A program made the translations under genes and the position numbers. From sequence record NC_070991.1: a DNA stretch of 64,000 nt; one strand, 5' to 3'. Below, one piece after another: positions 50,209-58,202 of the stretch. This stretch comes from Escherichia phage vB_EcoP_WFI101126. Numbering within the stretch: position 1 is the stretch's first letter; each line of letters opens with the position of its first letter. The notes under the pieces were generated by a model. That model saw nothing but the letters and a program-made list of their open reading frames with translations. It did no database searches and was not told the DNA's origin.

Positions 50209-50379
50209 TCAGATAGACGGAGAGAGTACTCGATCAGAGTTAACGGTTACATTAGGACTTTCAGATACAGTCCCTTTGACATAGAGAGTAGCACTCTCGG
50301 GGAATTTAAATACTGCTCCGCTGGGAAGGGTGTTGAGATCAACCTTGGTCACTTCTTCTTTCTTGTGAGTAATCTTCAT
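50209..50379 (-). CDS. small beta-rich protein, multicopy family member (56 aa)
   Basis: KVDLNTLPSGAVFKF; ATG overlaps stop of upstream gene (ATGA); below track cutoff. Confidence 0.35.
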   Translation of the reverse strand: MKITHKKEEVTKVDLNTLPSGAVFKFPESATLYVKGTVSESPNVTVNSDRVLSPSI

Positions 50380-50630
50380 TTAGAATCCTTAATAACGTTA
50401 GCTTCAACCTTAACAGGAATAACAGAGATGCCCTCAACGGGGCCACTTAAGTGTCCATCTTCCAGTCTGACACACACGACTCGATCTCGTGCAACTTCTA
50501 CCCAATTAGTAGATGCCGCAGTACAGACCATATGAATTGGACCGTTCTCTTCCAGCCGGAAGGTAGCGCCCTTCTTCAGAGTGTGGAGTTTCACAGTCTT
50601 GATAGTTTTGTTCAATTCGTTAACTTTCAT
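50376..50630 (-). CDS. small beta-rich protein, multicopy family member
   Basis: VKLHTLKKGATFRL... family pattern. Confidence 0.4.
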   Translation of the reverse strand: MKVNELNKTIKTVKLHTLKKGATFRLEENGPIHMVCTAASTNWVEVARDRVVCVRLEDGHLSGPVEGISVIPVKVEANVIKDSK

Positions 50631-50638
50631 ATTGATTC

Positions 50639-50950
50639 CTATTTAAGTTTCAGGCTAATATTAAGGTGCATACATGCCCTGTTCTGTACAGCAGCATAGC
50701 TTCTACCGAGCATGTCAGCCATTCTCTGAATAGGCATGAACCCAGCATTACGGATAAGGAACTGATCTTCTTCTTCAGACCACTTAACTCGGATTGAAGC
50801 TCTTGATATTCCGAACTTAGTGCAAGCTGTGTTAACAGCATTCTCCGTTACATTCATAATCTGAGCAACTTCTTTAACCGAGTACTCTTTGATTAATCTC
50901 CGAAGATTTTCAATCTGCATCGGAGTCCATATAGTTCTTCGCGCTTTCAT
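50639..50950 (-). CDS. DNA-binding protein with two GcrA-like HTH motifs
   Basis: Two repeats of W.......L..L........A......NAV (WTPMQIENLRRL...; WSEEEDQFLIRN...). Confidence 0.45.
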   Translation of the reverse strand: MKARRTIWTPMQIENLRRLIKEYSVKEVAQIMNVTENAVNTACTKFGISRASIRVKWSEEEDQFLIRNAGFMPIQRMADMLGRSYAAVQNRACMHLNISLKLK

Positions 50951-51430
50951 ATACCCTCCAATTAAAAAGAAGAAAACTATCAGGGGAGTACACTAGCTCT
51001 GGGCCACGCTGTAGACATCGGCCTACCTTCCACAGCTAATCAGCTAATGTACTCTCCTAATAGTTTATGAATAGGGGGAGGGGACGAATCCTCCCATATC
51101 CTATTAATTAATATTGCATGTAAGATCTAACAATCGGTTGCCTTTGTAGGAATAAGCGTTATGCTAATCCAGCACTAAACTCCCGCCCCCTTAGTGGGCT
51201 GGGTTATTAAAGGGTAACGCCCTTATGGGCTAGTTACATGAATGTTAGTTTGATAGGAGATCTGAAGTCCTATCTCAAAGGACTCTCGTAAGAATCCTTC
51301 ACGATATTACTTATTCAACTCTCGTCGGCTATCTCTCCAAGCCAACCAAGTGTAGATTTTCAACTCTTCAAAATCTTCTGGAGAGAATAGATATTCTTTG
51401 AAGGTGTCACTAAACCACTCTAAAAATTCT

Positions 51431-51631
51431 TCAGTCATAAATACCTCTTGCTTTATAGGTGGTACAGATTAATGTTGCATGTCTTTGGTTATACAGTTCG
51501 AAGTAACGAGGCTTGCTCCAGTCTCTGTCTCTGGTAAAGGATTGAAGAATGAAGTGTCTGTCACATCCAAGCCATTCAGAAACATCCATCGCTAGACGTA
51601 TAGGAGAACCTCTGAATTCCCTCCGCTCCAT
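51431..51631 (-). CDS. hypothetical protein
   Basis: ORF track. Confidence 0.3.
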   Translation of the reverse strand: MERREFRGSPIRLAMDVSEWLGCDRHFILQSFTRDRDWSKPRYFELYNQRHATLICTTYKARGIYD

Positions 51632-51642
51632 TTAAACCTCTC

Positions 51643-51816
51643 TTAGCAAGACTGGTCACATGGCTGATCACCACATGTTTTACAAATAACTGGTGAGTAA
51701 CTACAGGCAGGATACACTGACACACCATCCCATGTCTCACACCCACAGTCAGGACATGTGCCGTTAGATTCCATGTCATCATCGTCGTCTATTTCACCGC
51801 CACCAAAACAACTCAT
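51643..51816 (-). CDS. small Cys-rich (zinc-binding?) protein
   Basis: AAGGAG SD 6 nt before ATG; 12 Cys in 57 aa; preferred over overlapping 51576..51782. Confidence 0.4.
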   Translation of the reverse strand: MSCFGGGEIDDDDDMESNGTCPDCGCETWDGVSVYPACSYSPVICKTCGDQPCDQSC

Positions 51817-51825
51817 ACAGGCTCC

Positions 51826-52047
51826 TTAGTAAACTAAACCTATAGCCTTTGCATCGGGCTGAGGGACTACCTTTGCGCTAGGGCGATAGCCATCCACTGA
51901 ACCATTCCAAAGGTTGACACAGGTAATATACCCATCGTCTATGATGTCTGTTTTAATCCAGAAGTGTTTATCATGACCAAAGATACTTCCGTTTGGCAGC
52001 GTGGACAGTTCAGCGGTCTTAAGTGACTGCTTAGAGTCTAGTTTCAT
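51826..52047 (-). CDS. small beta-rich protein, multicopy family member
   Basis: SLKTAELSTLPNGSIF...VNLWNG...VVPQPD. Confidence 0.4.
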   Translation of the reverse strand: MKLDSKQSLKTAELSTLPNGSIFGHDKHFWIKTDIIDDGYITCVNLWNGSVDGYRPSAKVVPQPDAKAIGLVY

Positions 52048-52054
52048 AATAACC

Positions 52055-52303
52055 TCAATTATCGTAGCATGTATTCCAATACATGTAGTTAACGTACGTT
52101 CTCGGTTTGATTCCGTACATGATGAAGTGAGTCTTCTTGATCCTTTCCTTCAGCGTGTAATAAAGGCCATCACTGAAGTTACCAATCTTTACTTGGAAGC
52201 GTAAGGAGCGAGCATCCATTCGAAGCATCCACAGCATCTGATTATGACTCTGATTACTCATTGTATCGAGAAGCTTCTTTGTATTCCAATAATGAGCTGT
52301 CAT
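52055..52303 (-). CDS. hypothetical protein
   Basis: ORF track, internal Met start. Confidence 0.3.
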   Translation of the reverse strand: MTAHYWNTKKLLDTMSNQSHNQMLWMLRMDARSLRFQVKIGNFSDGLYYTLKERIKKTHFIMYGIKPRTYVNYMYWNTCYDN

Positions 52304-52304
52304 A

Positions 52305-52586
52305 TCACCACTCCTTACCGGTTGTAGTAGTAGAACCACCACACCACTGCGCATCTGACAAGGTTTTAGTTTCCTCATCTACTGCTGCACCGTTCAGGCA
52401 TGAGATACCACTGTAACGCATATCAATTTCACCAGAAGGAATCTTCTCACCTTTGTGCCAGCGAGAAACACAAACACCTTCCACTGATACTGCACACCAT
52501 CCATCAGGACGGCTCTGTACGCAGCCTGTAAGGGCTATACAGACAAGGAAGATACAGATTAAGGATATTACACCACCCCAACTCAT
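52305..52586 (-). CDS. lipoprotein
   Basis: Signal peptide with LTGC lipobox (MSWGGVISLICIFLVCIALTGC). Confidence 0.55.
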   Translation of the reverse strand: MSWGGVISLICIFLVCIALTGCVQSRPDGWCAVSVEGVCVSRWHKGEKIPSGEIDMRYSGISCLNGAAVDEETKTLSDAQWCGGSTTTTGKEW

Positions 52587-52605
52587 AACTACCTCCTATT
52601 TGATG

Positions 52606-52681
52606 TGGTGCGCCCTACAGGACTCGAACCTGTAACCAATAGCTTAGAAGGCTACTGCTCTATCCATTGAGCTAAGAGCGC
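52606..52681 (-). tRNA. tRNA-Arg (anticodon UCU), CCA encoded
   Basis: 76 nt; 7-bp acceptor stem with one G-U, D-arm GCTC/GAGC, anticodon loop CTTCTAA, T-arm ACAGG-TTCGAGT-CCTGT, 3' ACCA. Confidence 0.85.
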
Positions 52682-52689
52682 GGAATTAT

Positions 52690-52854
52690 TTAGATCATAT
52701 CTCGCTTAGTGATATGACCACATGTTTTACATCGAAGTATGTAACGAGTTCCGGTACTTTCCAGTTTACCAAACTCATTGTATGTATTTAAACTAACCGC
52801 TTTGATTGTCTCCCACTCATGGAGATGGAAGAGATATTTAAACCACTTGAACAT
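52690..52854 (-). CDS. small hypothetical protein (CxxC)
   Basis: Compact ORF adjacent to tRNA. Confidence 0.25.
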   Translation of the reverse strand: MFKWFKYLFHLHEWETIKAVSLNTYNEFGKLESTGTRYILRCKTCGHITKRDMI

Positions 52855-52856
52855 AA

Positions 52857-53090
52857 TTATACCACCTCAACGAGAGATGTTTTCCACCCAAACAGAGGTC
52901 CATTATCATTAAGATAAACAGCCCCTCCAGTCTCGAATGGAGTTCCATAAGGGAGTGCCCAAGCATACCCACGAATTTCTGGCTTATGAGTAAACCCATA
53001 CACTTCGCCGTTGCTATCAGTTGCTAAATATCTTATAGAGTTACCTATTTTAATAACTTCACCAAAATATTTAACCTCTTTAGTCTTCAT
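52857..53090 (-). CDS. small protein (paralog pair with 53098..53349)
   Basis: RYLATDSNGEVYGF vs RYIAIDKMGYVWAW. Confidence 0.35.
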   Translation of the reverse strand: MKTKEVKYFGEVIKIGNSIRYLATDSNGEVYGFTHKPEIRGYAWALPYGTPFETGGAVYLNDNGPLFGWKTSLVEVV

Positions 53091-53097
53091 ACCAACC

Positions 53098-53349
53098 TCA
53101 AGCACAAGCAGGGAGTGTGATGATTTTATACTGACCTTCAAACTCTCCAAATAAACCTAAGAATGTAGGACTGTAAGTACCAGTACAAACAAACTCATCA
53201 AACAGTTCGTTATAGCTAGGCTTAATCTTCCAAGCCCATACATAACCCATCTTGTCAATTGCAATGTAACGAGTGTTCAGAGGAACAGTCATCATCACAC
53301 CGTCAACTTCGATCACTTTAGTGATTGGTGCAGCTTGGAAGTTTTTCAT
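53098..53349 (-). CDS. small protein (paralog pair)
   Basis: See partner. Confidence 0.35.
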   Translation of the reverse strand: MKNFQAAPITKVIEVDGVMMTVPLNTRYIAIDKMGYVWAWKIKPSYNELFDEFVCTGTYSPTFLGLFGEFEGQYKIITLPACA

Positions 53350-53522
53350 ACTTTACCTTTGATAAAAATATCATTACCACAGACACAGCATGAACGAACA
53401 ACAGTAGCGCCACGCTGAACGATACGAACCTCTTCCTTAACCAGATTAACACGAGCACCACAGCAAGGAGAGTTAACATAAGAGTAACCAGCTTGCGTAT
53501 TCTTGATTGTTTGCTTAGACAT
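53346..53522 (-). CDS. small zinc-ribbon protein
   Basis: CC...n...CC.C pattern; ATG overlaps upstream stop. Confidence 0.3.
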   Translation of the reverse strand: MSKQTIKNTQAGYSYVNSPCCGARVNLVKEEVRIVQRGATVVRSCCVCGNDIFIKGKV

Positions 53523-53523
53523 T

Positions 53524-53871
53524 TTATTCGAGATCTCTCAGTTGTTCAGCCATTTGTTCGCACTTGTTGATGCAGAACGCTTCTGTTCTTGGAACCCCGT
53601 TAGGGTTGAACCGTGTCTTATCACCTGCATGGGCACAATCAAATCCGATTGTATCTAAACCACCCATCTCTTCAAGGGTATCTTGCCACGTGACACCACC
53701 ATGAACGTTCACATAACAAACAACCTTTTCCTCTCCATTATATCCGGTGAAGTTTTTATGTTTCAAACTATCTGGTAACTCTACATACCCACATAAGTGG
53801 GAATTGTTCATGTGCATAATCACAGCACGAAGGCCCGATTTAGTTTCCCAACTTTTAACTATGCGTCTCAT
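53524..53871 (-). CDS. hypothetical protein
   Basis: ORF track; conserved-looking HGGVTW...IGFDCAHAGD. Confidence 0.35.
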   Translation of the reverse strand: MRRIVKSWETKSGLRAVIMHMNNSHLCGYVELPDSLKHKNFTGYNGEEKVVCYVNVHGGVTWQDTLEEMGGLDTIGFDCAHAGDKTRFNPNGVPRTEAFCINKCEQMAEQLRDLE

Positions 53872-53913
53872 ATAAGCACCTCTTGTTAGTTTAAGTAAGA
53901 GTTGTCCCTTAAT

Positions 53914-53943
53914 TAAAACAACAAAGGCCGCCCGAAGGCAGCC
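53914..53943 (-). terminator. intrinsic terminator (conserved GCCGCCCGAAGGCAGC hairpin)
   Basis: Near-identical to hairpin at 23103; T-rich tract on - strand. Confidence 0.45.
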
Positions 53944-53948
53944 TCTCT

Positions 53949-54158
53949 TTATTGACTAACACCACGAATCAGATGATTCTGTAGCATTTCGTCTTCTGCA
54001 TTATATAGGAATGCAAACATCAACTCCTTAGCCACATCTCTTGAGCAATTAAGACACTTAGAGATTTGCGTTAGTTGCATGTTGCGTTCAGTGTGTTCCA
54101 TCAAGGCAATGCGAATGATCTCTCGCATACCTATCACATGGGTTGTCTTAACCGGCAT
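53949..54158 (-). CDS. hypothetical protein (possible HTH)
   Basis: ORF track, internal Met start. Confidence 0.3.
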   Translation of the reverse strand: MPVKTTHVIGMREIIRIALMEHTERNMQLTQISKCLNCSRDVAKELMFAFLYNAEDEMLQNHLIRGVSQ

Positions 54159-54288
54159 AGGTCCAATTTCCTTGCTTGTTACGGATGGCTGACATTGCAT
54201 GAAGCCAGAAGCCTTCCAGTTTCAGAGCACCATTAGCTACTACATCCATACGTTCAGGGCGGTTCATACGTTTGGTTGATACTTTCAT
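54148..54288 (-). CDS. small hypothetical protein
   Basis: 46 aa ORF; stop overlaps next start. Confidence 0.2.
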   Translation of the reverse strand: MKVSTKRMNRPERMDVVANGALKLEGFWLHAMSAIRNKQGNWTYAG

Positions 54289-54515
54289 ACCTATCTCTCT
54301 TTGTTAGTGGAGGCATTATTGCCAGTTGATATAAGGGATAGCCCTAGTCAGTAGGCTAATCCTGACCGCGTACTCATTGCCGACCTTCTCTGCCTAAGAG
54401 TTCAGGTTCTAGAGCTATCTCTTATTCCAACTGGTGAAGACTCCCTACCCCTAGGAAGTCTCCTGAATCCCAAACCAATACGTACCCCTACATATCGGAA
54501 AGTCTTTCGAAAATT

Positions 54516-54640
54516 AACAGGTTTTAGTCTAACACCGGATGTTCGAGCAAGCTCTCCCTAGCGGTGTGGCATATGCCTGAATTAATAAGTTAATGAGGAA
54601 CACCCTCACATAGCCCTCTGATAAACACAAGAGCTATAAG
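54516..54640. repeat. conserved intergenic element, copy B
   Basis: See copy A; hairpin GAGCaaGCTC here versus GAGGattgttCCTC in copy A. Confidence 0.6.
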
Positions 54641-54646
54641 TCGGTG

Positions 54647-54958
54647 TTACTTAACTGCTTCCATCATCTTACGAACGTTAGCCACACCTTTCTGAATCAA
54701 AGGCAGGAACTCATCACCCAAACTAGAAGATAGAAGACTCAAACTTCCCGTCTTAATGCCACGACATGCTGACTCTACTTCTTCCGGCAACAATGTCATA
54801 TTAAACCACGGAGATTTAATCTCTACTGTAAATCCGGGGTTGTACCGGCTCTCGCTATGATTAAACTCCAGATAAGTGACACCGGAGCAGTGTTTCATTT
54901 GAGCACGAATTGTTACAGTGGGCTTACACATCACAAAAGAAGAAACAGACATAATCAC
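54647..54958 (-). CDS. hypothetical protein
   Basis: ORF track. Confidence 0.35.
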   Translation of the reverse strand: MIMSVSSFVMCKPTVTIRAQMKHCSGVTYLEFNHSESRYNPGFTVEIKSPWFNMTLLPEEVESACRGIKTGSLSLLSSSLGDEFLPLIQKGVANVRKMMEAVK

Positions 54959-54963
54959 TTACC

Positions 54964-55182
54964 TTACTTTTGAGTCACATGTAGATCAGGGCGAGGTGTA
55001 ACAGTAGTGCCGCCCTTAAAAAGACCAACATAACCAGTACGAAGATTGGCTGCTTTATGTGAACCATTATTTGCTACCTCTTCAAGCAGCAACCAGAACC
55101 GGCTATCATAAAAGAAAACCGACCCACTTTCTAGATCACATATTTTTGAAAACTTAAGAGGTTTACCTTCATTGATTTCCAT
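54964..55182 (-). CDS. small beta-rich protein, multicopy family member
   Basis: PLKFSKICDLESGSVFF...AANLRTG. Confidence 0.4.
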   Translation of the reverse strand: MEINEGKPLKFSKICDLESGSVFFYDSRFWLLLEEVANNGSHKAANLRTGYVGLFKGGTTVTPRPDLHVTQK

Positions 55183-55437
55183 TTACTTACCCTTGTTGGT
55201 AATCACTGCATCAGGAATAAGGACTACAGGAATATCTGAAGCGAGCTTCATAACCTGATTGATGTTTAAATTTAGCACCACACAACCGGCACTAGGCTTA
55301 GCTTCGGTTACATGTGGAGTGAAGAGTTGCACAACCATGTAATAACTTATACCGGTGTTTTTAACTTGGAATACATCACCCAGTTTCAGATCACTCAACT
55401 TAAGTTCTGGATTCTTCCACTCAAGATCAATCTTCAT
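55183..55437 (-). CDS. small beta-rich protein, multicopy family member
   Basis: LKLSDLKLGDVFQV...VVLNLNINQV...VVLIPD. Confidence 0.4.
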   Translation of the reverse strand: MKIDLEWKNPELKLSDLKLGDVFQVKNTGISYYMVVQLFTPHVTEAKPSAGCVVLNLNINQVMKLASDIPVVLIPDAVITNKGK

Positions 55438-55633
55438 CTTTAACCTCTACGTTGGTTATGTGGAGATCATTACGAACTTGGCAGACTTCATCACGCTTAA
55501 TAGGGATGAGTTTTCCAGTGACCACATCAACGCAGTTCACATAATTGTCTGCATATAAAGAATCGGTTCGAATATAAAGGAACCCTTTAGACTCAAAGAG
55601 AACCCCCGGCTTCATGTTATTTAAGCGAAGCAT
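55427..55633 (-). CDS. small beta-rich protein, multicopy family member
   Basis: MLRLNNMKPGVLFESKGFLYIRTD. Confidence 0.35.
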   Translation of the reverse strand: MLRLNNMKPGVLFESKGFLYIRTDSLYADNYVNCVDVVTGKLIPIKRDEVCQVRNDLHITNVEVKDED

Positions 55634-55652
55634 TGTATGGTTAGGTTTAATA

Positions 55653-55949
55653 TTAACCTTCACTGTTAATCTCCTGCTGCTTAGCAATAGCCACTCGCAA
55701 ATCTTCATTAGCACGAGTGAGGCGCAATACTTCATGATTGAGGCTCTGAAGACGCTTGTTTCTGTCTTCAACTTGCATAATAAGATCGTTAAGTGTTACT
55801 TTAACTTTCTCATTATACATCTCATCCACTCGGACTAGAGATTTATACATTCTTTCCCAGCTTGCTGCTTTGTTTCTGAGAACAATAAATCCTATAACGC
55901 TGATAGTTAAACAGAGTACAAAAAGGAATTTATATACTTCTAAAGTCAT
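55653..55949 (-). CDS. membrane-anchored coiled-coil protein
   Basis: N-terminal TM helix then heptad-rich region. Confidence 0.35.
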   Translation of the reverse strand: MTLEVYKFLFVLCLTISVIGFIVLRNKAASWERMYKSLVRVDEMYNEKVKVTLNDLIMQVEDRNKRLQSLNHEVLRLTRANEDLRVAIAKQQEINSEG

Positions 55950-56149
55950 ATCATTTTACCCTTTATCAGAGATTAAAAGTAATATTATTTAAGTAAGTTA
56001 TATTTAGTAAACTTATTTTCTAAGAAATTTTCAAAGGGTCTATATACAGAGCATTACCCATAGTCCCAGAATACTACCATCTTTTTCAATAAATTTACTA
56101 AGTGGTTGGTTTATAAAGGAATTTAGTTTGTCAAATCTGGCACTAGTGA

Positions 56150-56539
56150 TTATTCCCTAGAGCTATTATCGAACACTAAATCACCACAATACATAGGATT
56201 GGCATACCATTTTGGCACCCCTTCGCTCTTACTCTGAAAGTAAGTCCCACTATACAGCGGAACATAATTCTTCTTAAGGGCACGTTTAGCCAGCCGCTCG
56301 CTTTCTCCAATGGCTTGCTTAGTCATCGGATTTTTATCACGAATCAGCTTTACATAACGTTTATAAGGTTTCTCCTGTTTTAATAGTACCGGAATCCACT
56401 CAAACTGGTTCTTTTGTCTTATCACCTGTTCAGCGGTCAGTTTTCGTTGAGCCATTCTATTTATTACGGTATCCGCAACTAAAGCCTTACATGCGGTTGG
56501 CTGATTCCCTGCCTCATAATAAATAGTCAATGTCAACAT
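56150..56539 (-). CDS. cell-wall hydrolase, CwlJ/SleB-like (tentative)
   Basis: LTIYYEAGNQ...ALVADTVINR resembles Hydrolase_2 core. Confidence 0.4.
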   Translation of the reverse strand: MLTLTIYYEAGNQPTACKALVADTVINRMAQRKLTAEQVIRQKNQFEWIPVLLKQEKPYKRYVKLIRDKNPMTKQAIGESERLAKRALKKNYVPLYSGTYFQSKSEGVPKWYANPMYCGDLVFDNSSRE

Positions 56540-56588
56540 TAGCTGGGCCGTTGTTATCAGAACTTGCTACCTCCTGTTTTACGGGCAT

Positions 56589-56614
56589 AAAAAAGCCCCA
56601 GCCGTAGCCGGGGC
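56589..56614 (-). terminator. intrinsic terminator
   Basis: GCCCCGGCTACGGCTGGGGC hairpin plus T6 on - strand. Confidence 0.5.
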
Positions 56615-56677
56615 AAACCTGAAAGCAACACATGACCGTTGCTATAAATACACTCGCAAATGCACTTACAGCAACGC

Positions 56678-56699
56678 AAAAAGCCGCCCAAAGGCGGCT
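56678..56699 (-). terminator. intrinsic terminator
   Basis: AGCCGCC-caaa-GGCGGCT perfect hairpin plus TTTT on - strand. Confidence 0.5.
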
Positions 56700-56742
56700 A
56701 TGCGGAAGCTTCAAATGGGGAGAGTACGACGCGACAGAAAGA

Positions 56743-56760
56743 GCGTCATAGTACTAAAAG
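56743..56760. repeat. 18-bp conserved motif GCGTCATAGTACTAAAAG (copy 2)
   Basis: Identical to 49258-49275. Confidence 0.6.
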
Positions 56761-56936
56761 AGGGGGGTAGTATTCCATAGAGATCTTCTCTCTCTTTCCC
56801 TATTTTCAGCCTCTAATTCTTTCTTTAGTAATTCGTTTTCTTCTTGCAAGGATGCTACCAGATGAACCAGAACATCAACTACTGCATCACCTTGCCGCAT
56901 CTCTCTGACTTTATTTAGAATCTCTGAATAAATCAT
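56754..56936 (-). CDS. small coiled-coil protein
   Basis: ORF track. Confidence 0.3.
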   Translation of the reverse strand: MIYSEILNKVREMRQGDAVVDVLVHLVASLQEENELLKKELEAENRERERRSLWNTTPLF

Positions 56937-57376
56937 TTTACCCTCGCCTCTTTGATGGGGTCAATGTATTTCTCAACGCCCCATTTATGTTTACTATCTG
57001 CGTAGAAAACATCAGGCGCACACTGACTTGTCTTAGGGAATGCTTGCGGGTCTTTCGTGCTACCTTTAAACTTCTGCTTACCACGGGTGCGACCATTACA
57101 GAAGATTTCTAACTTCTTCTCTTCTTCTGTTTTAGCGCCCCCGCTCTGTAACAAAGAACGTTTATGATCAGCTAACAACAACGCATCAGCACGATGGACA
57201 CGATGGCCTACACGTTTTGCCACACTAGAAGGAATATGAGATTCAGCTTCAGCCTTTGCAGCACGACGTTTTAAACTACGCTTGCTAACGTGGTTGGTTG
57301 CTTTTGGTTTCTCTTTTTCCAGTTCAGAGATAGAGAAACAGCGCCCGCCTTTCATGCTGATTTTAGGTTTAGCCAT
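56933..57376 (-). CDS. basic protein, possible HNH-like nuclease (tentative)
   Basis: LADHKRSLLQSGG resembles DHIxPxSxGG of His-Me finger enzymes; weak. Confidence 0.3.
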   Translation of the reverse strand: MAKPKISMKGGRCFSISELEKEKPKATNHVSKRSLKRRAAKAEAESHIPSSVAKRVGHRVHRADALLLADHKRSLLQSGGAKTEEEKKLEIFCNGRTRGKQKFKGSTKDPQAFPKTSQCAPDVFYADSKHKWGVEKYIDPIKEARVK

Positions 57377-57445
57377 TATCTTATTCCTTTCAGTGACAAG
57401 TTATATCGTGCAAGCCCATCGTGGGGATAGGCTTAACCAAATAAC

Positions 57446-57655
57446 TCAATCGAGTAAACTAAACGATTTCCAACTACGTAGAAGGATTGTACCGTCATCC
57501 ATAGTTACACACAACTTTAGTAGTTTCTTATTGGCACTACTCACCGTTGTAATTCGTCCGGTTGTGCATTTACCTTTGTTGCTGTAAAGATATACAACAC
57601 GACGACCTAACAGTCGGGAGGGAGCTTTCTTAAACTCTGAAATATTAGTTATCAT
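57446..57655 (-). CDS. hypothetical protein
   Basis: ORF track. Confidence 0.3.
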   Translation of the reverse strand: MITNISEFKKAPSRLLGRRVVYLYSNKGKCTTGRITTVSSANKKLLKLCVTMDDGTILLRSWKSFSLLD

Positions 57656-57876
57656 AATGCTTGATACCTTTGGATGTGTTCAATACGGGTAGATTGAGCA
57701 AAGGACGCTTTAACAGCCATTTTTCTAACTTCTTCTTTACGCTGGTTAGCGTGTACAGTATCCCAATGATTATCATCACGTTGGCGCTGTAATATCTTAC
57801 TACATTTGCGATGGTTTCCCGTGCTGCGATGTTTCTCACAAATAGGACACTTACCAAAATTGCTACTGAATATCAT
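57652..57876 (-). CDS. Cys/His-rich small protein
   Basis: CPICEKHRSTGNHRKC. Confidence 0.35.
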   Translation of the reverse strand: MIFSSNFGKCPICEKHRSTGNHRKCSKILQRQRDDNHWDTVHANQRKEEVRKMAVKASFAQSTRIEHIQRYQAL

Positions 57877-58100
57877 TTTCTTAATCCCAGCTTTCTTAAG
57901 ATACGGCCTAACGTTGTTTCTTGCGTGATAATATAGCTGATCGCTTCACGTTCCAACGTTTCAATCTTCATTGGCGACGGATACCATTCACCGGTAATAA
58001 CACATTTACATTCAACGCCATACTTTTTAGATAGGCGGTAATGTTGACCGTTGACAAGATTTCTATAGATCGTGGTATGTGTAATTAACATGATCGTCAC
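57873..58100 (-). CDS. hypothetical protein
   Basis: ORF track. Confidence 0.3.
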   Translation of the reverse strand: MTIMLITHTTIYRNLVNGQHYRLSKKYGVECKCVITGEWYPSPMKIETLEREAISYIITQETTLGRILRKLGLRK

Positions 58101-58144
58101 CTTTGATTAGATTCTTTGATTAATGCACTGAATCAATGCACTGA

Positions 58145-58179
58145 TAAAAGAAAAGGCGCTACCCGTTAAGATAGCGCCT
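58145..58179 (-). terminator. intrinsic terminator
   Basis: 8-bp perfect stem AGGCGCTA/TAGCGCCT plus T-rich tract on - strand. Confidence 0.55.
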
Positions 58180-58202
58180 TATGTTTATTCGAATTGTCTT
58201 AC

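Noticed and set aside
51075-51095. tRNA-like T-arm candidate (GGGGACGAATCCTCCC)
   Set aside because: Loop is ACGAATC rather than TTCGAAT, and no acceptor or anticodon arms can be built around it.
51576-51782. Track ORF of 68 aa
   Set aside because: Odd composition and no RBS; the overlapping Cys-rich ORF 51643..51816 with AAGGAG SD is preferred.
56514-56714. Track ORF of 66 aa
   Set aside because: Spans two intrinsic terminator hairpins and the conserved 18-bp motif; almost certainly non-coding.
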